Assembly: GCF_018977255.1 (NCBI RefSeq)
Contig: NW_024705357.1
Span: forward strand, 1-51,900
Origin: Callorhinchus milii
Taxonomy: Eukaryota
Reading direction: 5' to 3'
DNA: 51,900 bases
Shown: positions 10,795-22,600 of the stretch, piece after piece
Layout: the number at the start of each line of letters is the position of its first letter
Numbering within the stretch: position 1 is the stretch's first letter
Program-made: the position numbers and the translations under genes
Notes under the pieces: generated by a model
The model's database searches: none
What the model was told of the DNA's origin: nothing
The model's input: only the letters and a program-made list of their open reading frames with translations

Positions 10795-13700
10795 ATTTCG
10801 ACTGTGGGTTTTAAAATTTAAAGAATTTAAGAATAGCAGCAAATGAGCACTTGATGGCCCTCGTTACCTGCTGTCTGAATCTAGTCTGAGTCACCGCGTA
10901 AATAAACGTATTTGTGCAGCAATTGAGCAGGCGAAGCATGTCCCCAACTGCTTGAAGGTGAAACACGTGGACGGTAAGCTCCACAATCTTCATTGTTGCT
11001 AATCGATACAATACGGATATGATAAAATACATGGCCCACAACAGTATAAAACTGCCTGAAATGGTGAACAGTAAAACCATGGATTTTCGCCTGTTCCTGA
11101 TCTCTGTGTCACTGTGATTCCTCTCAATGCTGTGGCCTCGGAGTAACTTACGAACTCTATTAGACACTAAAATATGTCTCACTGTTACAGAATTCAACAA
11201 CAGAATCAACGCGAATGGTAGCAACGGGTTTAAAGTGTAGTGAAGCAGCTCAAATGGTGACCATGTGGTTGAGAGAAATCTGCGTCCTGGGAGGCACTGC
11301 AGCCACATATTTTCTGATATGAAGAAAGGTTCATACTTTATATACCAGGGGATGTTCTTTACACAGCTCAGCACGTACACTGTCACTATAACCACAGTCG
11401 CTGTGCTGCCAGTGCAATATTTTGTTTTCAGCTTCTGGCAGCAAATAGCGACACAACGATCAAAGGTGAAAGCCAGTGTGAGCCACACTGAGCTGTCTGT
11501 GGAGGCATAAAGCAGGATGGCGTGAAGGTTACACACAGGAGTCAGACGCATGAAACGAAAAGCAAAGTAATAACAAGATTTTATCTGCTCCAAAATAACG
11601 TCAAAGATAATGACCAGAGTGTCCGCCGTTGACATGGCCACCAGGTAGCGGGTGATGCAGGTGGAGAGACCGCACTGTCCCCGGCACAAGATCACAATCG
11701 CCACCAAATTAACTGAGAAAGAAATAAGAAGAAAGACTGATCAGATTAACGTTGATTTGATTAACCATTCTTTTTTTTCTAGGGGCTAGGGATAATTAGC
11801 CCGAAGAACGACTTGCATCACGGTTTCTGCTCGATGCTACTCGAAGAGGGATGTGTAGAGTAAGGAAACTTGCCCAAGGTTTTACCCTCTCCTGCCAGGG
11901 AATCAAACCCAGGTCCTCTCGTTTGCCTGACAAACTCACTAACCACTGAACTGCAGGACTACACATTGTCCATATACTGCGTAAAAAACTTCTGCACATT
12001 GAGGATCATTAATAGTAGCGTTCAAAACAAAGAATGACTATTGACAACTGAAAAAAACTTTCTCCCTGCAAACAATTTACAAAGCATTTTAAGTCTGAAT
12101 ACCAGTTACAAATTAAGCTCAGTTCACCAACAAAAGCATTAGAAGAGAATTGTGCGTTACTTATATAAATAGTCATAACCTGCAAATAATAGACAATAAA
12201 AGTCGGAACATTCATGTGGTTTCATTTGCGTGTTATTTCAACATAAATTCCGAATTGAAGTGGAATATAATACTTCAGCAAATATTACAACATGTGCTTC
12301 TGATTTTCGACTATAACCTTTGACACGTAATAATAGGAATAAGAATAATAATCCTAGCATTTAATATAGTGCGTTTTATGTCTTCTTGGCGACGCAAAGC
12401 GCTTCACAGCATATACTGAAAGGTAAATTGTCTCTTTGTTTGTTGGAAAAACGCCAAATGAATCAATCAACTGCGCACAGCAGTGTCCGCAGAAACGTGA
12501 ATTGAGTAACAAAATTAATATTTTTTTCTTTAAATTATTATTCTCAGGCGCATAGAGTAAGGAAATTTGCCGAAGGTTCCGCACTGCCGGGAATGAAACC
12601 CAGGTCTCTAACTTGCGAGGCAAGTGCTCTATCCGCTGAGCTGCAGGATTCCTAATACAAATGATCGGCGTATATACCAAAATTTCAAAAGGATAATTTG
12701 TAAAGTGCAGTGAATGTCTATGTAGCCGTCGATAGAAACGGTATTTGCTTTGAGCAATGTCCCCAAAACAGCAATCACAGAGTGACAGAAAACAAAGAGA
12801 CTATTTTTCTTAATTTTTCTTAATATGTACAACAAGATCGGAAGAAACCCCTACTCTTTTCGAAATGTATGGATGGAGTGATGTGTGTACGTCGGCGGAG
12901 GAGTGGTATTAGTGGATTGGAGGCGCTGACACCATCAGCATCCAAAGCTGCACTCTCCACCTCTCAAAGCCAGTCAGGAACCTCGGCGTTTTGTTCGACC
13001 CTGAGCTGTCCTTTCTCCCTCACATCCGCACCACAACTGGCACCGCCTTTCATCACCTCCGGAATATCGCCAGACTTTGGCACTACCTCACCCCTCACGC
13101 AGCTGAAACCCTGGTTCACGCCTTTGTCACCTCAAGGCTGGACTATGGGAACTCTCTTCTCGCCGGCCTTCCCTCCACCTCCCTCCACACTGCAGGTCAT
13201 TCAGAACTCTGCAGCTCGTGTACTGTCCCGCACCAGCTTCGCGATCACATCACTCCCACCTTCGCTCGCCTCCACTGGCTCCCCATCCCCCAGAGGATTG
13301 ATTTCAAGATCCTCATCCTCACCTACAAGGCCATTCACGGCCTTGCTCCCTCCTACCTCTCCAACCTACTATCCCCCGACCTACCTGCCCGTACCCTCCG
13401 TTCCTCTGGCTCCGGTCTGCTCCACGTCCCCCGCCCCAACCGCCCTACTATCGGTGGTCGGGCCTTCAGCCTCTCAGCACCCAGGCTCTGGAACTCCATC
13501 CCCCAGTGCCTTCGCCGCTTCCTCCCTTTCCTCCTTCAAGGCCGGTCTCAAATCCTTTCTCTTTGACCGTGCCTTCAGCTCCCCTCTCGACTCTCTTCCT
13601 CCTCCTCGCTCCCTCCCTTCCCTCCCCTCACCCTGACCATTTCCCCCCTCCTCTCTCCCTCCCTTCCCTCCCCTCACCCTGACCATTTCCCCCCCTGCTC

Positions 13701-14396
13701 GGGTCATGACCCAACTGTGCAGCGCCTTGGGACGTCCTCCTGACGTGAAAGGCGCTCTATAAATGGAATCTTGTTGTTGTTGTTGTTATTGTGGGGGGGG
13801 GGGGGGTGGGCAATAACAAAGTTGGAGACAACAGAGAGCATCGATAAATTCTATCAGCTTATCACATTGTGAAATGGAGCAGATAATGTGCGGTTCATGG
13901 CAATTGTGTGTAGCAGTTGATTTGTGGTGGAGTCGAGGATCCTGGGGTTGTCTTTGGACTCTACGATGAAACTGGGATAAGAAAGCGGTTTGGCACAGGC
14001 GAGAACAAAGTGGCAAATTTGGGCCCATAACCCTCTGACTAGATTGAGGCAAACTGACTCGGCAGGAGTGTAACCATCTGAGCTCATCTGCTTTTGATGT
14101 TTACCCAATAGATATTGCCCTTAGGTTTAGGAACATGTCCATAAGGTTCGGTGAAAATGACAGGCTGCTGCGATCGCCTACAAATACACAGTCATTGTAT
14201 TTCACAGTAAAATTATGTAAAGGGCTTTGCGAGGTCTCACGCTTTGCAATAATTCTCATTAGTAAATGGAGCGAGATAAGTACGATAATGAGGTAACATG
14301 ATAGGAGTTTGCAGTGAGAGCACAGAGTAAATGCTGAGTGGCACAGATAGTACGGTTTGAGCAAACTTACCAGGAACACCAAGCGCTGCAGGAGTT
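10795..14396. repeat. Right arm of the inverted duplication
   Basis: Reverse complement of 1-3590, including the shared intronic L2 and SINEs. Confidence 0.97.
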
Positions 14397-14506
14397 GGGT
14401 AGTAAACGGATTCAATCTTAATAATAACTTGTAATGCTGAAGAGCCCATCTCTGTGTCTGTGGTCCAGAAGGGAAGCACATCTATGATATATAGTGATGC
14501 ATTCAT
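10811..14506 (-). CDS. Class A 7TM GPCR, GPR139/142-like, copy B, intact; exon 1 14506-14371, exon 2 11712-10811; 345 aa
   Basis: Exon 1 is MNASL...ESVYYPTPAALGVP+G ending at a gtaagt donor (phase 1). Acceptor ttctttctcag| gives V-NLVAIVIL. Motifs YLVAMSTAD (TM2), VWLTLAFTFDRCVAIC (TM3), RRKSMVLLF (TM6), CCTNTFIY (TM7). 136+902 nt = 346 codons including stop. The family call is by recalled motif resemblance, not a search. Confidence 0.88.
12915..13790 (+). mobile_element. 5'-truncated L2 LINE in the GPCR copy B intron (mirror of 601-1480)
   Basis: ORF 12991-13566 has the same L2 RT motifs; (GTT)n tail at ~13771-13790. Confidence 0.92.
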
Positions 14507-16744
14507 ATGAGCCTACATTTTATAAGCTGGAGGAGATACTCCATTGGGATTGCCAGGTTGTTATTTGCAGGTGATTAAAAAACAAGTTTTTTGATAATTG
14601 GCACACGTGTAAAATCGAAATCGAGATTGCTGTTGTGGGAAAAACAACAATCTCAAATGGGAAATTCAGAATATCGCCACGTCATTGCCGTTTTTATTCA
14701 ACAGATTGTTAACTCCATGAACCTCTATTTAATGCAATGTATTGGATGATCTTGATGCGAATATTCTTGTTTTTGTACCAAAACTAAAAAAATGCTTTGC
14801 GCATCACAGCTTCGGTTACCAGCCATCTCTGTCAACCGCTGAGAGACGTCGTCCTGAGTGAAAGTCATTGTGGCTAAGTCACAATCTTGTTGTCCATTGA
14901 TTTATACATATTAATTCGTGAATATAATTTGGATTGTTTGAGCATCAGCTTTATGTGGTACCTGAATGCATTTGCGCTATTTTATTTCATCAATTTATAT
15001 ATAACCACATGAAACCGGTTGTGTTCTTGACACCGTGAACATGGAGAAAAGGTCAGATGGATGCCAAAATTTAACCAGTAGAACCATTTCACCATTTTAT
15101 TTTAATTATAATAAACCTTGCCTTTGATAGACTGCCTTTCATGACAGCTAGAAGTCTCAACGCGCTACACAGAATACATTGTACTGTGAGTTGACTATAT
15201 ATATTGTGGCAGCCAATTGTATACGACAAAGTCCCACAAACAGCCATGGATTTCGTGACCGCAGTATCATTACTATTTTGAAGATATTAATGACAATCGA
15301 CTACCAAATACGGTCCTACGTAACCTGATGTAAACAAAGGCGATTTGAGAAAGCAAACTTGCCGTGCTTTTCGCCTTGCCAGTAATCGAACCCAGGCCTT
15401 CTTGCTTGCAAGGCAAGCGCTTGAACTATTGACCTGCAGGAGTGCCCATTTATATTTAAAAACATCATAAACTACCAATGCATCTGGCTTTGTATTTATC
15501 TTACAATATGATCCAAATTTTCAATTCATTCTCACAGTGATATCCCTCCTCTTGAAGCAATGATAGGTCTTCAGATGTGCTGTGTATTTCTCTTGTTCAG
15601 TATTTCAGGTAACTGTTCAATTGGTCGCTCACTCGCCTATTAGTTTGAAAATATGGGTTTAAGCCTAAGTCCAGACATTCAACTCTGAATCTTGAGAGAC
15701 GGTCAATTGCAGTGATGATGGAAGACGGCCCTGAATTATTTGCCGTCCTCCAGCAGATATACTCAGCCTCGGTCGAATGTAACTTTTCAGATTTACTGTT
15801 TAACTGGACATTAAAAATCCGTGATACTTTTTTGTTCAAAACAGACACTAAACATCATTAAGCCTCACATATATTTTCAAATATTTCAGCTGGGGAAGCA
15901 CAGAAATTTATGTCATGTAAGAAGGCCTTTCTGCCCATTGTGTATGTATCTCGCTCCGTGATGAACAATCATCTCAACCGAAATTATCTCTTCTTTCCCC
16001 ATACTGTTGTAGCTGACTCTTGTATGTCACTTCCACTCCCTCAAGTATCATGCTTGATTCAATCATAATTCGTGGCTTAAATCCATCCTCAAGGTCCAAA
16101 ATTAGTCCCTGTTTGGCCACAATAAACTCTATCAGCTACTGTACTGACCTCAGCCAAATGTTATTTCGACTGCAGGATCATCCGTGAGGGAAACGACAAC
16201 CCCAGGATTCTCTTCTCCATTAGCACCCACTTCCTTCACCAAACATCCTGTGCCCCAGTCATTCTCTCTGCCAATTCCAAATGTTAGGACATGCGATCTT
16301 CATCGGCTCCGTGAAAGAGATCATCCACTCTGCATTGACAGGCCAAACCCTACAACCTCCACCCACTTAACCCTCCAATAATGTCTCCGACAATCTTTCA
16401 TTCCTATTAACAGATTTTGCAACTCCCGAACTTCTTCATAAACACTGAGGTCCCAATCTCCTGAGGAGCAGCTACATATCTTGGCCCATCTACATGCTCT
16501 TAAGTGACGGTCCTTTTCGTAACCTGCTTTTCCTATCCAAGTGAATCATTCTTCGCTTCCTCGCTCTTTCTTTTCCGCGCAGTCCCTCTCCCTGATTGAT
16601 AACTCCGTCCTGGTCAACACAAACACTGACATTGTTCCCATGTGTGACTCAGATGTTCTAAGCCTCCCTGTTCTCATGGACCGGTTGTCCCCAAAACATA
16701 ATTGACCATTCGTTTGAAATATATGTCTCCAAATAAAATACATA

Positions 16745-17250
16745 ATTTTGTATTCTTGCCTGCCGATTGCCTCTCATCTCGAATTCAAGATCCGCATTCT
16801 CGACTTCGAATTCAAGATCCTCATCATCGCCTACAAGGCCACTCACGGCCTTGCTCCCTCCTACCTCTCTGACCTGCTATACACCTACTTATATGCCCGT
16901 ACCCTCCGTTCCGCTGGCTCTGGTCTGCTCCACATCCTCCGCACCAACCGCCCTACGATTTTGAGAAGATTCCAGACTTGCGGTGAGAAGGATCGTAGAT
17001 TCAATCTGTTTGGGATAGGGGAGGGAATGGATTGGAACAGGAAGAATAGTGAAAGGCTCATGAAGTACAGTGCGCGAAAGGTCACTGGCGGCAGAAGATT
17101 GGATAATAGCTGGAGTATCAGGGGGCAGAGCAGTAGAACAAGTTCGCCGTTGAGACACGGGTGTGACATATGCAAAAATGAATTTCTGGTGGGCCCAAGT
17201 GGAAAGGTAGAGGCGTAGAAGGGCCATGTTACAGATTTGAAGTGATTCGA
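16745..17250. mobile_element. Two abutting L2 fragments (plus 16745-16955; minus ~16955-17250)
   Basis: Plus: EFKILIIAYKATHGLAPSYLSDLL. Minus: HSLPYPKQIESTILL, resembling HWLPIPQRIEFKIL. Confidence 0.7.
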
Positions 17251-17610
17251 AGTACGACATAAGCGGCTTAAAGGACATTTGTGGAGTCTAACAAGATATT
17301 CAGATTCTAAACCAACTGCACAATTCATGCTGGTCCATTCTGTCAGGTCCTGGCAGTAGAGATCTTAAGTCGAGCAGTCGCTGACCTCAAGCGCTCACCA
17401 AGCACTTGCAGTTTTATAGGCAAACGGGTGGAACATCAATGGAACAAATCGCAAAAATACTGCACAAGCTGGAAATCTAAAAACAAAAATAGAAGTAGTG
17501 AGCACCCAGTAGTACAGATATATGGAGAAATGAAAGTGTGTCAACGTTTCGGGTCCACGACCGTTCGACATAAAATCAATGAGAGTATTCAAGAGAGGAC
17601 AGGACCAGGA

Positions 17611-17956
17611 AACAACAACAACATTTATAGAGCGCCTTTCACGTCGGGAGGACGTCCCAAGGCGCTGGACAGTTGGGTCAGAAACCGAGAAGTGGGGAAA
17701 TGGTCAGGGTGAGGGGAGGGAAGGGAGGGAGCGAGGAGGGTGTAGAGAGTTGAGAGTGTAGCTAAAGGCACGGTCAAAGAGAAAGGTCTTGAGACCGGCC
17801 TTGAAGGAGGAAAGGGAGGAAGCGGCGAAAGCACTGGGCGATAGAGTTCCAGAGCCTCGGGGCTGAGAGGCTGAAGGCCACCTTTCTCTTTGACCGAGCC
17901 TTCGCCTCCTCTCTCGACTCTCTAACCCCTCCTCGCTCACTCCCTTGTTGTTGTTG
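17611..17956. mobile_element. Back-to-back L2 3' ends (minus 17611-17878, plus 17880-17956)
   Basis: (AAC)n at 17611-17622 and (TTG)n at ~17945-17956; internal segments are reverse complements of each other. Confidence 0.8.
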
Positions 17957-18249
17957 ATACCCAAAGTATGGATGCTACAGAATTGTAAATGTGTGTTGCA
18001 TTACTGGTTAAAGTTCCCGTGACGCATTCCCGTCTTTTCAAATGAGAAGTTGAGATGAGGACCCATCTACTTGTCGAGGTGGACTTCTGAAGTTTGCTTG
18101 GCACTTTTCGGTCCAACAAGGTAAAATGTAGCTCTGTCCCACTCAGACGTCCATGTCGTTTCAAATGCTCAAAGCACAGAACCACAGAAACTAATGGGGA
18201 GAGACTGGAGATGCCAGTTTTATTCTCCCTGGCTCAGATATGGTTAAAA

Positions 18250-19220
18250 TGAGACAGAATAGAAGTTTTCAAAATTATTCCCCTAACCCTTTATTATCAT
18301 GGCCATCTAATTTGCTTAAAAGTCTCTTATGTGGCGACTTATCGAACGCCTTTTGAAAATCCATACAAACGACATCAATTGCACTGCCTTCATCAACTAT
18401 CTGCGATACTTCATCACAAATCTCTGTCATGTTTTTCGAGCCATGATTTGCCTTGACAAATCCCAATGGTGGTCCTTTATTAACCCATATTTTTCTCAGT
18501 GAAGATTTGTCTTATCGTGATTATAGTCTCCAGAAATTTCCCCACTACTGATGTTCAACGAACTGGCGTCTAGTTCCTGGGTTTATCCTTATGCGCTTTT
18601 CTGTACAGGGAAGTAACATTTCCATTCCTCCAGTCTTCTGGCAACACCCAAGTGTCCAAGGAGGAATGAAAGTTTGTGGTCAGAGCCTCCCTTGTTTCCA
18701 TCGTTGCTTCCTTCAGAAACCGAGGTTGCATCCAGTCCAGACCGTCTGTGTTATCTTCCTTATCTACTTTAAGCACTGTCAGACGTTTCAGTAACTCCTA
18801 TCGGTTTATTCTTATCTGATCTAATTTCTTTATATCCTCCGCCGATTATGTGGCATTGGCTGCATGCTTATATTTCGGGATGATAGATGCAAAGTACACA
18901 TTCGATACGTCAGCAATGCCCTCTGCCTCCCCAAGAAGATTTCATATTTGATCCTTAATTGGACCCACCCTAACTTTGAGTAACATTTTATTCTTTATAT
19001 GCTTATAAAATATCATTGGGCTACACACTAATCTTTTCTCATATAATCTATTTGCCCACCTTGTATTCTTTTTCTATTCTCCTCTATATTTTCTTTATAC
19101 TCTTTGATTATCTTTTGGATTTTAGACGTGATATTCATCATAAGACTCCTTTTTCTATTTTATTTTAATCCCGAATTCCTTATTCGTCTGGGGAGGTTTG
19201 GATGCCCTACCATTACCCTT
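18250..19220 (-). mobile_element. CR1-clade LINE RT fragment
   Basis: GFVK...IDVVCMDFQKAFDKSPHKRLL (18275-18466) and PEDWRNGNVTSLYRK (18570-18776). Boundaries approximate. Confidence 0.8.
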
Positions 19221-19294
19221 CGTGTGGTAGCGTTTATTTCTTTCCGAGAACAATCTACTCCTTGTAGGATTCCCATTGCTCGATAGAACACAAG

Positions 19295-20075
19295 TACTTA
19301 TGAACATAAGAAATAGTATCATGAGTTGGCGATTCGGCCGATCGAGCCTGACCCGCCATTTGATAAGATAATGGCTGATCTTCTAACCTTGTTCTGTTTA
19401 ACTGCCCTTTTCCCACATCCCTTAATCCCTATAGCTTGTAAAAATCTATCGATGGAAGTGCTCAATATGTTCAATGACTGAGAATCTGCAGCTTTCTTGG
19501 TTAGTGAATTCCACAAACTCACGGGGCTCTGATTGAAGAAATATTTTCTCAACTCAGTTCCAACTGGATGATGTTTAATTCGGATACCATGACACTCCAG
19601 TTTTAGGTTCTCCAACGAGGAAAACAGTCGTATAATATATCTGCACTGCCAATATCCTGAATAATCGTATAGGTTTCCATAAGATCACCTCTAATTCTTC
19701 TGTGTTCCAGAGAATATAGGCCTAGTCAACATGTCCTCGTCGGACAACTCACTCACCCAGGAAACAATCTATGTTGCACCCACACTAAGTCGGTGTATTC
19801 CTTTCTGAGATAAGTAGTCCAAAGCTGCATCCAATATTCTAGATGCGGTCTCAACTGGACGCCATACCATTGTAGCAAGTAATCCCTATTCTTGTCCTCC
19901 AGCCAATTTTTCATAAAAGCTGACATGCTATGAGCCTTTCTAATTGCTTGCTGTACCTGCATACTAACTTTCTGTGATTGTTGTACAAGGACACGAAAAT
20001 CCCTCTGAACATTAACACTCCAAATATCTTCCCCTGTTCTCCGTCTGCCATCTTCTTGGCCACTCACCTAGCCTG
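19295..20075 (-). mobile_element. CR1 LINE 3' fragment
   Basis: LRPHLEYWMQLW and RKYFFNQSPVSLWNSL; 3' tail read on the plus strand as atgaacataagaaatag. Confidence 0.85.
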
Positions 20076-20164
20076 TCTATTTCCTTTTGCATTCTTCGTG
20101 TGTCATCCTCATAGCTTGGTCTCCCACTTATCTTCGAATCATTGGCGAATTTAGATACGATACG

Positions 20165-20480
20165 TTCTGTAGCTCAGTGGTTAGAGCACTCGCTTTGCAA
20201 GCGAGAGACCTGGTTTCAATTCCTGGCAGGGCGAAACCTTGGGCAAGTTTCCTTACTCCACACGCCAAACAATAATAATCCCATCCAAAACCCAAAGCAA
20301 TAATAAATTGATCAATTTCAATCCACTACTGTTTGTGGGACATTGCTGAGCGAAATTGGCTGCCGCGATCGCCCACAAATATACAATCAATTCACTTTAC
20401 AATGTTTTCTTTGAAGCGCTTTGGGACGTCTTCCCGACGTGAAAAGCGCTATATCAAATGCAAGTATTATTACTATTATA
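20165..20480 (+). mobile_element. Full-length tRNA-headed SINE
   Basis: tgtagctcagtggttagagcactcgctttgcaagcgagagacctggtttcaattcc head, family core, and gtgaaaagcgctatatcaaatgcaagtattatt tail. Confidence 0.9.
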
Positions 20481-20484
20481 TTCC

Positions 20485-21070
20485 CTCATCTAAATGATTC
20501 ATATAGACTGTAAATAATTGAGGCCTAATCACTGATCCTTGTGGTAATACACTAGTCACATCTGGCCAATCTGAGAAGTAGACATTTATCTATACTCGTT
20601 GTTTTCTTCCTGTGCACCACTCTCCAATCCATGCTATTATATTACCTTTAATTCCATGGGTTTTCATCTTATGCAGCAAACTATTATGCTGCCGCTTGTC
20701 GAATGCCTTCTGTAAATCGAAATACAACACAACTACTTGCTCTCCCCTATCTAACTTGCTAGTTGAATCTCGAACATCTCTAAATAAATTGTTAATCACG
20801 ATTTCCCTTTCGTAAAGCCATACTGACGCCGCCTAATCATGTTTCGATTTTCTAAATGCCCAACGATAATGCAACTAATTGAGGGCTCCAGAATTTTTTC
20901 GACCACTAATATCAAACAAGCGTTCTCCAGTTTTTTGTCCCCTCCCTTCTTAAAAATCATGGTTACTTTTTCGACCTTCAAGTAAAGGGGAACCATCCCA
21001 GATTCCTGAGAATTTTGGTCAACGCTTAAAATACTGAAACATGAATTGACATTTTTTATCGGCGCAACTA
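20485..21070 (-). mobile_element. CR1 LINE RT fragment
   Basis: YFDLQKAFDKRQHNSLLHKMKTHGIKG and RRQYGFTKGKS. Confidence 0.85.
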
Positions 21071-21169
21071 AAACTGGAATTATTTTTTTCATAAAGAAAT
21101 AGAAGCAACACTGAGTATATAAACATACAACAATTTGTGTCTAACTCTCATTGAAGATTGTGATGTACC

Positions 21170-21350
21170 TTCATGGCCGGTCTCAAGACCCTTTTCTTCG
21201 ATCGTGCCTTCGGTTGCCCTCCCAATTCTCTTCCTTCCCTCACCCATATACCATCCCTCCCCCATGTTCGAGTCCTGACTCCTGACTGTCCAGCGACTTG
21301 GAACATCCTCCCGACGGGAATAATTTTGTTGTTTTTGTTGTTGTTGTTAC
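21170..21350 (+). mobile_element. L2 3' end fragment
   Basis: AGLKTLFFDRAF followed by the family 3' UTR and a (GTT)n tail. Confidence 0.75.
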
Positions 21351-22174
21351 CAATACAGCCATGGCACACACATTTATTTTGGAATAAATTATCTCAATTA
21401 AATTTGGTTATTCAACATATTATTTATAAATTTTACAGTAATATCCAAAATGTAAGACAGAAGTTCGGTTAAATTGGCAACGATAAATTCATCAGCATTA
21501 CAATTTCTTAATTTCTTTCTTGTGGGCGAGCTTACCCGTGTTTCTTTAGAATAAATGATCTTAAAAAAAAATGATTGTTTAATTTATTATTTATAAATTC
21601 TACAGTAATATTAAAAATGTAAGATGACAAATTCAGTTAAACAGATCAGTACTGTCCATTACACCCAAAAACTGCTCGCATCAAGCAATCCCAGAGCCTC
21701 AGCATTTGAGTCGATGGACAAATGAGGCGTATCAACGCAATCGGAAAAAAGACCTTTGAACCAGCAGTCGGCATTTTAAATTTCGCTAATCGTATACAAA
21801 GGTGTTGTTTTGCTGAAAGAAAGGGAGTGTTGCTCAGTAAAAAGAGAGCTTATTATCTGAAGAGGATTAATCTTTTCGGGAATGTTTCAATAAATGTTGC
21901 GTTTTTTTGATGAACTAATAGTATACAATCAATCTTGGTCTAATTCACTGTGTGATAAGCAATCATGCAGATGCTTTATTAAAATCTATCACGAACAAAA
22001 TCATCCCCCTTGATTCCAACCTTGTGGACTAAAAGCTGCCTCAGCTGTTTCCTTCATTGGAAATGAAAGTTATCTTTGCTTTAAAGTGTCAACGCAAAAT
22101 CGTAACAAATGCTGTGTCCAATTGAACCAAAAGTAGAGCGTCGGAAAATTAATGGTGAATTTGACGCAGCTGGT

Positions 22175-22600
22175 TTGTTCAAGATCCTCGTCCTCACCTT
22201 GAAGGCCATCCATGGTCTTGTCCCCTCCCATCTCACTGAACTGCTGACTCCCTACCAACCTACCCACAGCCTCCGTTCAGGGGGCTCTGGTCTGCTCCAT
22301 GTCTCCACCCCGACCCGCACTCACATCGGTGGCCGGGCTTTCAACCTCACTGCCCCCACCCTCTGGAACTCCATCCCCCGGTCCCCTCGCCTCGCTTCCT
22401 CCATTGCCTCCTTCAAGGCAGGTCTCAAGAACCTTCTCTTCGACCGTGCACTTTGGTTTACTCCCACTTCTTCGCCTTCCCTCACCCCTGCACCATCCCT
22501 CCCCCATGTTCGGGCCACGATACCTGACTGTTCAGCTCTTTGGGACGCCCTCCCCACTTGAAAGGTGTTCTAGAAATGTCATGTTGTTGTTGTGTTCACC
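22175..22600 (+). mobile_element. L2 3' fragment
   Basis: FKILVLTLKAIHGLVPSHL...GRAFNLTAPTLWNSIP in ORF 22109-22561, then a (GTT)n tail. Confidence 0.88.

Noticed and set aside
1-14396. Inverted duplication as a pure haplotype-assembly artefact
   Set aside because: 24 amino-acid differences clustered in ICL3/ECL3 and a divergent intron patch exceed what I would expect of alleles. It is not fully excluded because of the nearby N gap.
15597-15848. STEAEYI, resembling the copia RNase H motif
   Set aside because: Isolated short match with no flanking RT/RNase H motifs or LTRs.
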